DNA of 45,526 bases from a virus (IMGVR_UViG_3300022178_003431:1-45526), one strand, 5' to 3'. Positions 17,247 to 26,527 are shown, counted from the first letter of the stretch. A program made the numbers and translations. Notes: generated by a model not told the origin, from the sequence alone.

Positions 17247-17924
17247 TTACATTACGGGATCTTCAGCCTCATCGTCAGACTCTTCAGCAGCCTCAACTTC
17301 AGGTGCGTCATTGTCAGCAGGAATCGGGAAGTCTTTAACACGCTCACCAGCAGCAGCCAGTGATTCGTTGTTAGCAGCTGCCACAAGAATAGTGTAAAAC
17401 ATATTCATGTAATCAATTGCATTTCGATGCCCTTTGACAAGCGGTCGAACTACTGCGTAAAACTCTTCACGAGTAGGCAACTGGTTAGCTGCAAACAAGT
17501 CAGCCATTGCGCGAGGTACCTTACCGCCGGCTGCACGAGTACCTCCAGACTTACTTGCTTTAGGCTTGACAGGTAGCTCAATCTCTTCGTCACGACAAAA
17601 TGATCGTACAAGAGTTGTTACTCGAGCTACTGTAGCGCCATCCACAGAATCGCAAATTGCATTGATTATGTCTTCCACACTTGACCAAGTTTCACACTCG
17701 TCCCAAGCTACCTTTTCAACTTTCTCGTTGATGTCGTTAGTGACAGTCTTTGGATCGACCATCAAGCCCTGTTCGATAGCTATACTTCTAAACAAAGAGT
17801 TTAGCTTACTGAAAGGGATCTTAGCACCAAACATATCCATCTTGATGTCGTCTTCGCCTTTACCTGCTTCGAAGCCTGCAGTGATAATGCCTAGGGCCAG
17901 TGTTTTTAATTCTTCTGTGTTCAT
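17247..17924 (-). CDS. Unknown helical protein with acidic tail; paralog of 26103-26429
   Basis: First gene behind minus-strand promoters; shares N- and C-terminal blocks with the 108-aa ORF. Confidence 0.8.
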   Translation of the reverse strand: MNTEELKTLALGIITAGFEAGKGEDDIKMDMFGAKIPFSKLNSLFRSIAIEQGLMVDPKTVTNDINEKVEKVAWDECETWSSVEDIINAICDSVDGATVARVTTLVRSFCRDEEIELPVKPKASKSGGTRAAGGKVPRAMADLFAANQLPTREEFYAVVRPLVKGHRNAIDYMNMFYTILVAAANNESLAAAGERVKDFPIPADNDAPEVEAAEESDDEAEDPVM

Positions 17925-18080
17925 CTTAATACCTGTGGTGGTGGTTGAAATAGAATCGAATTTATTTTTCGATTTTCAAATAATATCATATAGAAATAAA
18001 AAAAGACATATAAATTTTGAAATAAATGAAAATAATTTTTAAAATTTTTATACCTTATTAATACGCGTAACGTGTACGTG

Positions 18081-18109
18081 ATTATATATCATATAGAATT
18101 AAATATCAA
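18081..18109 (-). promoter_or_regulatory. Sigma70-type promoter for replication operon
   Basis: TTGATA-17-TATAAT; a second extended -10 (TGATATTAT) at 17980-17988 shares ATATCATATAGAA. Confidence 0.75.
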
Positions 18110-18167
18110 GATATATTTTATTAAATAAAATTAATGATAGAATTTAATATCTATATTATATAAATAA

Positions 18168-18176
18168 TGATATAAT
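18168..18176 (+). promoter_or_regulatory. Extended -10 promoter for primase operon
   Basis: TGATATAAT about 70 bp upstream of ATG 18245. Confidence 0.6.
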
Positions 18177-18244
18177 GATGATGCTTTCTGCTGTTTAATA
18201 TTTTTTAGACAGTTTATACTAACCTTCTACACTACGGGATTCAT

Positions 18245-20791
18245 ATGGTCAAACTAGCTAGTTTTACTGAAACCAAAACGTCCGATGTGATGGAAACTTC
18301 TTTATCACCGATAACATCTAAGTTCTTATGGCATTTCAAAGGTAACAAAACCATAACTACTATAAGAGACGGTGACGTTAGAAGCTACATCAACCCATCT
18401 ACTGAAGAGTGGGACTTGATTAAAACAAGAAACCAGCAGGGATACGGAGTATATTTTAACGTAAATGAAACGTCTTTGAAAGGACGAACCAAAGAGCACA
18501 TGGAAAAGATACGATGTATCTTCTGTGACCAGGATACTCCAACCCCAATGCCAAAGCATGACTGGCCTATAGCGCCAAGCTTAATAATAAAAACTAGTAA
18601 TCATGAAGCAGGCAATAAGTACCACTACTACTGGCTAACTACAACACCTAACGTAGCTCAATGGGAAGATGTTATGTCAGCCCTGGTTAAAGACTACAAA
18701 ATGGATATAGGTGTTAAAGACATAACACGTATCCTCCGTCTTCCTGGTTTTACAAACTCTAAGACTTCTCCACCTTCTAACGTAGACATAATATCAAGCC
18801 CAGGCACCGTATATAAATGGGAAGAAATAGTTCTGGCTTTTCCGCCTATAGACTCCAAAGAGCGTTTGGCTATAGAAGGTAGAGACATGACAGGCGAGTT
18901 TAATGTCAACACACATAAGCAAAGGTTCTTATGTCCTGAAGGTGATGGGTTTGTAACTAATAGCTTGAACTCATTGATAGCTCATTGGTGTCACCACTAC
19001 AGCGACAAGGCAGTCAGGATCCAGGTGGATCAGTTGTACGACGAGATTGATACTGACCAGCTACGTGACAACAGCGTCAGGTATATGGAGGCCAGGAAAC
19101 AAGTAAATAAGTTTATAAAGAGTGCCAGGGAATCTGTAAGGAAGTTTAGAATGGCATCGGCCGAGAGGCCTGTTAATGTAGAGCCTTTATTTGCTGAGAT
19201 GCCTGATTCACTTGAATGGGATTGGTCTGTGTTGGCTAACACTGAACTGCCTGAGGACTGTCTTCCCGAATACCTGGATGTAGCAGCAACTGAGGTAGGG
19301 GAGTGGAATGGCATAGGTAAAGAGCCTGCTGCCCTGTCTGCCATCTTTATGACGTCTGCTCTTTTAACTAAGAATGTTCTAATACACGAAACATACGACA
19401 GTCTAACCCATGCATGTAGGCAAGGCTTAATAATAGTCATGGACACAGGAGCCAGTAAGAGTTCCATCTATGAGCACATGAACAAACCATTCTTTGAGTA
19501 CGAAGACAAACTTAGAGCTGATTGGGAAGCCAACAAGAATGTAAACGAACAGTTGGCTAAAACATACAAAGCTTTACTGACCAAGAATGCTGCAGACTTT
19601 ATGAAGAAGGCTGATCCTACAGAAGGCGAGATGCTAGAACATGCCAAGCTCCAGGGCAGTATACAAGGTAGAATAGACAAGCTACCTTTGATAGAACCTT
19701 CACTGTACAGTACTGATTTAACAGAAGAAGCAGTGTTTAGGAAGATGCACCAGAATGACGGGTCCCTTGCTCTTGTTAGTGATGATGCTCGTAAGGCTAT
19801 AAACATACTGTTAGGTGACTATAAACAGAGCCAAACAGGTGAGTCTATATACATCAACGGCCTGTCAGGCACTACTATCATACGTGATAGAATGAGCCAA
19901 GACAACGAAATGCGTATCAGGTATCCTGCACTTAACGCATTGTTCTTTGTGCAGCCTGATAAAGCATTGGAGCTTAAGAACTCTGAAATGTACGTGCCTT
20001 CAGGTCTTGCTGCCAGGATGCCTATGTACTTCTATCCTACTAGCGGGGTGGACATAGTTCGTAAGAGACAACGAAGAGCTATAGACGCAAATAAGATGCA
20101 AGCTTACTATGAGCATATGCGTGCTATATGTGTTCGTCGTTTCGATAATCCACTTCACGTGCGATTGGATGATGCTGCTATGATACGAATGAAAGAGCTA
20201 GACAATGAGTTTGCTACTCTACTTGAGAGTAAGTGGCAGAATGCTCATAACATAACCAACAAGATGGTGTCTAGTGCTCTTCAATATGCTACTTGCTTTG
20301 CTGCTCTTGACGATCAAGGCTTTAAAGACGTGTATGGTGACATAACTACACCTGATGGAGAGTATTGGTTAAGTGTGCGTTACATAAACATGGGCTTCAT
20401 GTTTGCTAAGTCCCTGTTCGCTCAGTCTATAGCTACTAACAGATCATTAAGTGATGAAGGCATACCTCGTATGGCTCAAACTGTAGTGACTAGACTTGAG
20501 AATCTTTATGCCCAGGATAAGATATTTGAAGGCTTCGTTATACAAGGTGACTTTAGAAATAGCCTGTCAGTAGGTGTTCGTAATGATCTACCGTTTATAA
20601 TGGACTTTCTACTTGAAAAGAAATGGGTGTATACTACTAAGCATGTAGGTGAAAGACGTAAGTTAAACTACGGATTCCCGAACAAGATAGTAGACACCAA
20701 CGATCTTATATATCATCTAAATGTTAAAGGCATTGAGAAGCGCAAGGGTATGAACCTGGAACACATAGAATCTGGAATGCAAGGAAACTAA
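18245..20791 (+). CDS. RepB-type (AEP) primase fused to DUF3987-like helicase-derived domain
   Basis: VYFNVN, FCDQD, PSLIIKTS, KYHYYW, RILRLPG; C-half DTGASKS, D.TEEA, SDDA, QP, SGLAAR. Confidence 0.85.
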   Translation: MVKLASFTETKTSDVMETSLSPITSKFLWHFKGNKTITTIRDGDVRSYINPSTEEWDLIKTRNQQGYGVYFNVNETSLKGRTKEHMEKIRCIFCDQDTPTPMPKHDWPIAPSLIIKTSNHEAGNKYHYYWLTTTPNVAQWEDVMSALVKDYKMDIGVKDITRILRLPGFTNSKTSPPSNVDIISSPGTVYKWEEIVLAFPPIDSKERLAIEGRDMTGEFNVNTHKQRFLCPEGDGFVTNSLNSLIAHWCHHYSDKAVRIQVDQLYDEIDTDQLRDNSVRYMEARKQVNKFIKSARESVRKFRMASAERPVNVEPLFAEMPDSLEWDWSVLANTELPEDCLPEYLDVAATEVGEWNGIGKEPAALSAIFMTSALLTKNVLIHETYDSLTHACRQGLIIVMDTGASKSSIYEHMNKPFFEYEDKLRADWEANKNVNEQLAKTYKALLTKNAADFMKKADPTEGEMLEHAKLQGSIQGRIDKLPLIEPSLYSTDLTEEAVFRKMHQNDGSLALVSDDARKAINILLGDYKQSQTGESIYINGLSGTTIIRDRMSQDNEMRIRYPALNALFFVQPDKALELKNSEMYVPSGLAARMPMYFYPTSGVDIVRKRQRRAIDANKMQAYYEHMRAICVRRFDNPLHVRLDDAAMIRMKELDNEFATLLESKWQNAHNITNKMVSSALQYATCFAALDDQGFKDVYGDITTPDGEYWLSVRYINMGFMFAKSLFAQSIATNRSLSDEGIPRMAQTVVTRLENLYAQDKIFEGFVIQGDFRNSLSVGVRNDLPFIMDFLLEKKWVYTTKHVGERRKLNYGFPNKIVDTNDLIYHLNVKGIEKRKGMNLEHIESGMQGN

Positions 20792-20792
20792 T

Positions 20793-21251
20793 ATGACTAA
20801 CGAACTAATAAACATCAACGACCCTGATGTACAGGCTTCGGCCCAGGAACTAAAAGAGTACTTCCTTCAGAATGCCAAGGGCCTAGTACAACAGTATGTA
20901 GATGCTGCTATAGGTACAAGTACACTGGCCAGTACAAACTCTGATGCTCGTAAAGAAGTGTGGGACGTACTTAAGAAACTTATACTATCATCCAGCGACA
21001 GGCTAGGTGTTGAAATAGATAGTGTAGAGTCTATACTAAGGGCAGTGTCACAAGGTAAGTGTACGTTTGAAGAAGGCGAGAAGCTACTTGACTTGTTTAA
21101 GAAGGCAAAAGAAATATCAACTATGGGTAAGTTACCAGCAGGTGGAAAGGGTGCCTTAGAGGGTGGATTAAATATAAGCATATCAACTGGAGGCGGGGCT
21201 GCTCAGCCTATAACTATTGCGCCTGCTGGAGATGCACTAGAACATGGCTAA
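20793..21251 (+). CDS. Hypothetical protein; terminase small subunit candidate
   Basis: 152 aa, helical with C-terminal beta strand (GGLNISIS); function is inference only. Confidence 0.5.
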   Translation: MTNELININDPDVQASAQELKEYFLQNAKGLVQQYVDAAIGTSTLASTNSDARKEVWDVLKKLILSSSDRLGVEIDSVESILRAVSQGKCTFEEGEKLLDLFKKAKEISTMGKLPAGGKGALEGGLNISISTGGGAAQPITIAPAGDALEHG

Positions 21252-21651
21252 GCGTATAAATGTTAGGGCCAAAGGAGCAAACGGGGAAAGAGAGGCAGGT
21301 AAATGGTTGGCTGCTGCTTTCAAGCTAAGTAAGGTGCCTGAACGAAACCTGGAACAGGTCAGAAGTGGAGGTCACGACTTGAATGGTTTTCCACCCTTCT
21401 GCATAGAGGTAAAGAGGTGCGAGACCTTGAGCAAGAAAGACTGGTGGTTACAGGTCACTAAAGCTGCTAGAGAAAACAGTGAAGGCTATGTACTACCAGT
21501 AGTCATGTATAGACAGTCTAACCAGCCGTGGAGGTTCCTTATCTCAGCCAAATACATTGGTGCCAGGAATGGATTTGTGGAACTAGAGGAGCGAGTATTC
21601 AAGATGTGGGTTGAAACAGTTTTACAGAGATTATCGGATAAATCAGAATGA
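21244..21651 (+). CDS. Hjc-like Holliday junction resolvase
   Basis: KGANGERE, GGHDL, IEVKR, WW.Q, PVVMYR...W. Confidence 0.85.
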   Translation: MAKRINVRAKGANGEREAGKWLAAAFKLSKVPERNLEQVRSGGHDLNGFPPFCIEVKRCETLSKKDWWLQVTKAARENSEGYVLPVVMYRQSNQPWRFLISAKYIGARNGFVELEERVFKMWVETVLQRLSDKSE

Positions 21652-21778
21652 TAATGAATATGATATTAGAATCAATCCTGTGGTACCTGAGGTCCTCCAG
21701 GTTGAACGATCTATTTCTAATCATATCATCATATCAGAAAATATATAAAATCGAAAGTCTCGACTTATAAAAATCAAT

Positions 21779-21809
21779 AAAAAGGCCCAACCGAAATGGA
21801 AGGGCCTTT
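21779..21809 (-). terminator. Intrinsic terminator of early region (possibly bidirectional)
   Basis: AAAGGCCC...GGGCCTTT with A-tract on left, 20 bp after minus-strand stop. Confidence 0.72.
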
Positions 21810-21829
21810 GCAGTATTTGCAGGTTAAGG

Positions 21830-22360
21830 TTAGTGACCGCTTCGCTTCATTGGCACGAACACACTATTAACTTGCTTGTCCTGGCTAAACTCTCCAGCAC
21901 GTGCCGCTGTAATGTGTACAGTGTATATGTGACCTCCAGGCACCGTAGTTACGTCCAGGTTCTTGGTAATTAACTTAGTCTTAAACATAGGTAGGTTGTA
22001 AAACTCTGTTTCAGTGACTGATACCTTGTCCACTTCCTTACGTGGCTGTACAGGGTATTCCACCTCCTCCTCATCCACGGGGCAGTCGTCCTTGCTTGTA
22101 ACTACCAGGTGCTCATCAATCCAGGCTATAAAGTCCTTTAGCACTATTGTGGCAGGTACCATGTAGTCAGCCTTTAAACTATTGGCAAAGTAGCTATCGT
22201 TGTATGTCATACTCATACCCCCATGATAGCCGTTAGCGTTGTACAGGTTGTGCACCTTTACTCTTAGCTTTTCTAGGTCATAGTCAGTTCGGATAAGTCT
22301 GAACAAACTCATGTACTTTTTAGGCATGTTGCGAAGTGCTTCATCGTTTACATTTAGCAT
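21830..22360 (-). CDS. Hypothetical protein
   Basis: 176 aa, AAGGA RBS. Confidence 0.7.
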   Translation of the reverse strand: MLNVNDEALRNMPKKYMSLFRLIRTDYDLEKLRVKVHNLYNANGYHGGMSMTYNDSYFANSLKADYMVPATIVLKDFIAWIDEHLVVTSKDDCPVDEEEVEYPVQPRKEVDKVSVTETEFYNLPMFKTKLITKNLDVTTVPGGHIYTVHITAARAGEFSQDKQVNSVFVPMKRSGH

Positions 22361-22632
22361 AGTGGTATTTTCCTTAGTCGTCGTACGTTAGAAGGTGTTA
22401 CTGGAACTTTAGTAAAGGTTCCTGAGTATATACATGTTTTGCCGTTACGGGCGTCCACATGTATTATAAACCCATCGCCTGTTACTCTTAGCAGGATTAT
22501 TTTACCTGACAAGTTGTAGAAGTGACGCTCAACAGCTGCCTTACCTGTCAGGCCAAACACTGTAGCGTAGGTTGTAGTCCTAAGTTTTACAAGCAGAGTT
22601 TGCTGCCTGTTATATTTAAGAGAGTATATCAT
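22354..22632 (-). CDS. Hypothetical basic protein
   Basis: 92 aa, GAGGAGG upstream. Confidence 0.6.
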   Translation of the reverse strand: MIYSLKYNRQQTLLVKLRTTTYATVFGLTGKAAVERHFYNLSGKIILLRVTGDGFIIHVDARNGKTCIYSGTFTKVPVTPSNVRRLRKIPLC

Positions 22633-22634
22633 AG

Positions 22635-22967
22635 TTAGCCCTCCTCAGTTGGTGATGTATTGGGCGTATGTATATATATATACTCCTTATTGAGTAAGCC
22701 ACGCTCATTGCCCCATACGTTTCTGTCGTAGTAACGATGGTGATTCGGAGAGGTGCCAAGCAGCTGGTGCAGCCTGGCTATCTCAAGATTTGCCTGATTA
22801 AGCTTGGACTGTAGCAGCTGTATTACGTCCGTGTTACTCTTGTGTAGTTCTTCCCATTCTAAGCTGTCCACCCGCCACTGACTTACCTCACGTTCTAACT
22901 TAGCTCGAGCCGTCTGGGCCTGGCGTGTTATGGCAAAGAAGTTTAGTTCCTGCGCGTCTTCAATCAT
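22635..22967 (-). CDS. Hypothetical coiled-coil protein
   Basis: 110 aa, AGGA RBS. Confidence 0.65.
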   Translation of the reverse strand: MIEDAQELNFFAITRQAQTARAKLEREVSQWRVDSLEWEELHKSNTDVIQLLQSKLNQANLEIARLHQLLGTSPNHHRYYDRNVWGNERGLLNKEYIYIHTPNTSPTEEG

Positions 22968-23083
22968 TTCATAGTTCCTACTTTAAATGCTTCAATTATG
23001 TCTGTTACAGCGAAGTATAAACAGACTCCTATTACTACTACTAACAATGCTAGCCCTATTCCTGCTAATTTTTGTTTAAGCAC
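22964..23083 (-). CDS. Small single-TM protein, 39 aa (not in ORF track)
   Basis: GTG start after GAGGAG; LKQKLAGIGLALLVVVIGVCLYFAV...; ATGA overlap with next gene. Confidence 0.55.
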   Translation of the reverse strand: MLKQKLAGIGLALLVVVIGVCLYFAVTDIIEAFKVGTMK

Positions 23084-23333
23084 TTTTACGCTCCTCTTCT
23101 AAAAGGTGTTTAGCTGAGGTACCTTTGACTATACGAAAGTCCTTATGAGTACCTTCAAAGTCACTTGCTCGTGCCATAGCATAGTCAACATTAACACTGC
23201 CAGCTAGTACTTCTTCTACCCTGCGGTATCCGCCTGGCTTCTGTTTCTTGGCTACACCTACTAGGAAGTACTTAGTAGCCATGTTGTTAACTATTGATAC
23301 TACGAAACGATTGTTAGGCATGTTAAAATCCAT
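23076..23333 (-). CDS. Hypothetical protein
   Basis: ATG at 23333 after AGGAGATATACA. Confidence 0.7.
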   Translation of the reverse strand: MDFNMPNNRFVVSIVNNMATKYFLVGVAKKQKPGGYRRVEEVLAGSVNVDYAMARASDFEGTHKDFRIVKGTSAKHLLEEERKSA

Positions 23334-23420
23334 TGTATATCTCCTGATATTAGTTGAGTTAAAGTGAGTCAGTATGACTCTCAATGCAGACTGTACATAG
23401 GCACAGACTGCATTAGGAGG

Positions 23421-23750
23421 TTACTTGGCTACATATATCATGTGAGGTGCAGGCTTATCACTTCTGCCCCAGGCTGTTCCTTCCAGGCCTACACTGTCGT
23501 CTACAAACGCATCACGCGCATTGTCGTATATCAGCAGAGTATGACAGCCTTCGTCGTCAGTGCCTGTGCTCCATAGGTAAGTGTCAGTCCATGCATGGCC
23601 ATTGTACACCCACACAACAACAAACTGCTTATCGTACCCAGGTTCAGGTATTGAGTTTAACATGTCAAATGAGCTCATAAGCAGTATGGCTTTAGCACCA
23701 ACAACTGGGTTAACTGGGCTTGTGTTAGGTACTTCGTTTTCTTTGGTCAT
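23421..23750 (-). CDS. Hypothetical protein
   Basis: 109 aa, AGGA RBS. Confidence 0.65.
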   Translation of the reverse strand: MTKENEVPNTSPVNPVVGAKAILLMSSFDMLNSIPEPGYDKQFVVVWVYNGHAWTDTYLWSTGTDDEGCHTLLIYDNARDAFVDDSVGLEGTAWGRSDKPAPHMIYVAK

Positions 23751-23754
23751 AGTA

Positions 23755-24021
23755 TTATCCTATTAAGTTAAAGACGTAGCTTACGAAGCTACTTAGGTAG
23801 TTTGAGAAGCCTTGTAGAAAAGGCCACCCAGTAAATTCAGCTGCAGCAGCGATGGTGGACAAGAAGCACAGTATGAGAAACGACAAAAATATAATAAGTA
23901 TAGTTATCATGAACATACCTGAAATGAATGCACTAGCTCGTGCTCGATACGCTTCGTCACTCTCAGCAGGCTGCTGGCCTTGGTACCACTTGTACAGTGG
24001 CTGTCCTGGTTTATCACTCAT
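23755..24021 (-). CDS. Hypothetical membrane protein
   Basis: Long hydrophobic segment; ATG 24021 overlaps upstream gene end. Confidence 0.6.
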   Translation of the reverse strand: MSDKPGQPLYKWYQGQQPAESDEAYRARASAFISGMFMITILIIFLSFLILCFLSTIAAAAEFTGWPFLQGFSNYLSSFVSYVFNLIG

Positions 24022-24238
24022 CGTCGTCCACCCTGGCAAACACAAGGTCCGCCATGTAGTCCTGGTTTATAAGATACCGTGTATCATCACCTTCAATTTT
24101 AGATACAAAGCCTTTCTCCAGAGCCAGGGCCAATATTTCATCAGCACCAAGCTCGAAGTTAAAGGTCGGCGCGTATTGCATGAATAGACCGTGCGCTGTT
24201 ATGTGTGTGGCAGGTTTGCCAGGTTTTTCAGTACTCAT
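24014..24238 (-). CDS. Hypothetical protein
   Basis: AGGAGGT RBS before ATG 24238. Confidence 0.7.
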   Translation of the reverse strand: MSTEKPGKPATHITAHGLFMQYAPTFNFELGADEILALALEKGFVSKIEGDDTRYLINQDYMADLVFARVDDDE

Positions 24239-24329
24239 ATTATCCACCTCCTGGTGGTTGGTTGGTTGAAAAGTAATATTAAGTAATGGCCCAGTGTGCC
24301 TAGGCCATTAGGTTAATGTCACTCGGTTA

Positions 24330-24734
24330 CTATGATTTAAACTCAAACTCCATGTTTAAGTTCAAGCCTTCTCGCACTGCCATGAGCCCGAGTTCAGTAG
24401 GCCACAATTCAATGTCACAGCAGTCGTGTAAGTGTTGAAGCTCACGTATAATGTGGTGCAACTCTACAGGGTACAACTCCGCTAGTTGTGAGTGCTTGGT
24501 GTCATTCAGTATTGAGCCACCCAGTCTACCCTCCATACTAGGTTGATACAACTCATCAGGTATTAAACACCCGAAGGCACACTGAGTATTGTCTGTGCCA
24601 CGGTACAAGCAGCCTGAGGTGAGATTTGTGTTGGCTATTGAAGCGCCTTCAGGGTACGTACCCATGGATCTACACTTCTGAGTTAGAAGGTGGGTAGCTA
24701 CTTTGTCAAATAGCTGTTGTTTGGTAATTGTCAT
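24330..24734 (-). CDS. Conserved-type phage early protein
   Basis: Q..FD....HL..Q, CLYRG....CAFGCLI.DE.Y, LQ.LHD; AGGAG RBS. Confidence 0.75.
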   Translation of the reverse strand: MTITKQQLFDKVATHLLTQKCRSMGTYPEGASIANTNLTSGCLYRGTDNTQCAFGCLIPDELYQPSMEGRLGGSILNDTKHSQLAELYPVELHHIIRELQHLHDCCDIELWPTELGLMAVREGLNLNMEFEFKS

Positions 24735-24844
24735 ACTATACTACTCCTGTTGTTACTGGGTTGAAATGATGATAGTTATCATCTGTACACTCTCTGATCG
24801 GCTAGGGCCAGGACCAGAGAGTGTAAGGTTGACAACTTAACTAA

Positions 24845-25525
24845 CTAGGCAAACACATTACCAACGTCAACTCCGTACTCAGTGGCATGCTTTTCTAGCA
24901 TGTCGTAGGGTAAGTCACAGAACTGAGATAGTAACATCAAGTACACCCCCACAAACACCGGGCCATGATTCATCATAGGTCCCCAGTCTTCTCCACGAAG
25001 AGCAGCAAGGTAGCAGGCAGCTGCATGTGCTGTCTCGTGGGTTACGACCTGGGTAGTATGCGCCCATTCCTTAACACCGGGTAACGTTATAGAGTTATCC
25101 CCGAGCATAGCCAAAGAGGCATGGCGTCCAGGTTCGAACCAGGAATACAGATCATGAGTAGTCCCGGCTAGGTCCGCATCAAGCGAACATGATAAGGTGG
25201 AATGGTTGGGCTCGTTATCCAGGTTAACCTGGTTAAACAGCTTGGCCACATTTCCATGATGAGTTATCTTGTCCGAGTAGATCGGGCTAGTGTAGTAAGC
25301 CCTGGACTTAAGCCTGGGCCTAAACTCAATGGTTGGGTGCATCCACAGTGGTATGTCAAAGGAATTCAACATCTGTGTTACTGCACTCGGTATGATTGAC
25401 TTAGGAAGTGGATCAAACATTAACAACCCATCTTCCTGGTCGTAGTCACTTAGTAACTGTTTGAGCTCCGGAGAGTTCTCCCAGTTATAAAGCTTTCTGA
25501 TTTGATAATCTCGTACTAGAGACAT
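24845..25525 (-). CDS. HEXXH zincin-like metalloprotein (Rv0185/SprT-like)
   Basis: RDYQ...LY.WE, VVTHETAH, HGP.F; ATG 25525 has AGGAG RBS (ORF-track start lies within the promoter). Confidence 0.78.
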   Translation of the reverse strand: MSLVRDYQIRKLYNWENSPELKQLLSDYDQEDGLLMFDPLPKSIIPSAVTQMLNSFDIPLWMHPTIEFRPRLKSRAYYTSPIYSDKITHHGNVAKLFNQVNLDNEPNHSTLSCSLDADLAGTTHDLYSWFEPGRHASLAMLGDNSITLPGVKEWAHTTQVVTHETAHAAACYLAALRGEDWGPMMNHGPVFVGVYLMLLSQFCDLPYDMLEKHATEYGVDVGNVFA

Positions 25526-25627
25526 TTTGCTATACTCCTGTATTGATACTAGGTTTTTGAAAAATTTGGGCCTATCCATGACCACGCTTATTGAATGAGA
25601 CTTTGTAATGACTGATTCAATATCTTG

Positions 25628-25656
25628 ATAATATATCATTATTTCGACTTTGTCAA
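25628..25656 (-). promoter_or_regulatory. Sigma70-type early promoter
   Basis: TTGACA-17-TATTAT. Confidence 0.78.
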
Positions 25657-25679
25657 GAACTATTTCAACAAAGTTTTTT

Positions 25680-25990
25680 AGTAGCTAGGTGCTAAATCTA
25701 AATTATATAATGATCTATTAGTTGATGACTAAGCCTAATGCAGGGCTAGAAGTGCTAAAATAACGAGGCTTTTATAAAATTTTATAGAAAATTAGATAAT
25801 TTATCTTATGCATCTGAGAATATATATATATATATATATAATTAATTTATTTCATATGATAAATGATCTAAATTATTATAAGCCCATCTACAGGCCTTTT
25901 ATCCCAGATATAGATTTTTAGACAAGTTAGATTTAGACTTTAGATAATATAGATAAATCTATAAATACTATAGCCCTACGACTTGGTCAT
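25680..25990. repeat. AT-rich non-coding region with (TA)10 and short direct/inverted repeats; candidate origin
   Basis: (TA)10 at 25821-25840; ATCTAAATTAT twice; imperfect IR 25725-25748/25971-25990. Confidence 0.5.
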
Positions 25991-26102
25991 TTTGCTGCAT
26001 TAAATTTTAAAAGAACAGGAATTAATAAACTTTCGTCTATTCGACTGAGCCCTGGAGTCCAGGACTCAGTAGGATAGATTGGCCATCCTTGGCCAAGGTG
26101 GA

Positions 26103-26429
26103 TTAAGCTTCCTCGTGGACTAAGTTCGCGAGCTTGCTCATCATGTCATAGAAGTACTTTGAGTACTTTTCAACATCTTTGACTTCGTCTGTTATCAAGT
26201 CTTCGAACTCAGCTTGAGTTAGATACTTATTTTCAGCAAAAGCCGCTACTACTTTCTCTCTCCAGCCGTCACCTTTAGCTCGGCCGAATTTCAACTCTGC
26301 ATCCTTTAAAACTTTTGGAACTTTAGAGAAAGCGCAGCCCTCAGCCATTAAGCTTGAAGCTATATCATTCTTGCTAGAACCTTCGTTGAAAAGAGATTGA
26401 GCTAATACTACTAGGTCTTCATGTTTCAT
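26103..26429 (-). CDS. Unknown helical protein; paralog of 17247-17924
   Basis: 108 aa, AGGAG RBS, first gene behind 26500-26527 promoter. Confidence 0.8.
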   Translation of the reverse strand: MKHEDLVVLAQSLFNEGSSKNDIASSLMAEGCAFSKVPKVLKDAELKFGRAKGDGWREKVVAAFAENKYLTQAEFEDLITDEVKDVEKYSKYFYDMMSKLANLVHEEA

Positions 26430-26499
26430 GTTTGATACTCCTGTTTAAATTATAAAAGATCGACCGAACCGAGAAAGTTTTTCTTGATTCGATGGAGCT

Positions 26500-26527
26500 A
26501 TAATAACAGAAATAAATCATCTGTCAA
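26500..26527 (-). promoter_or_regulatory. Sigma70-type promoter with upstream A/T tracts
   Basis: TTGACA-16-TATTAT with extended TG; A/T tracts 26530-26590. Confidence 0.72.
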
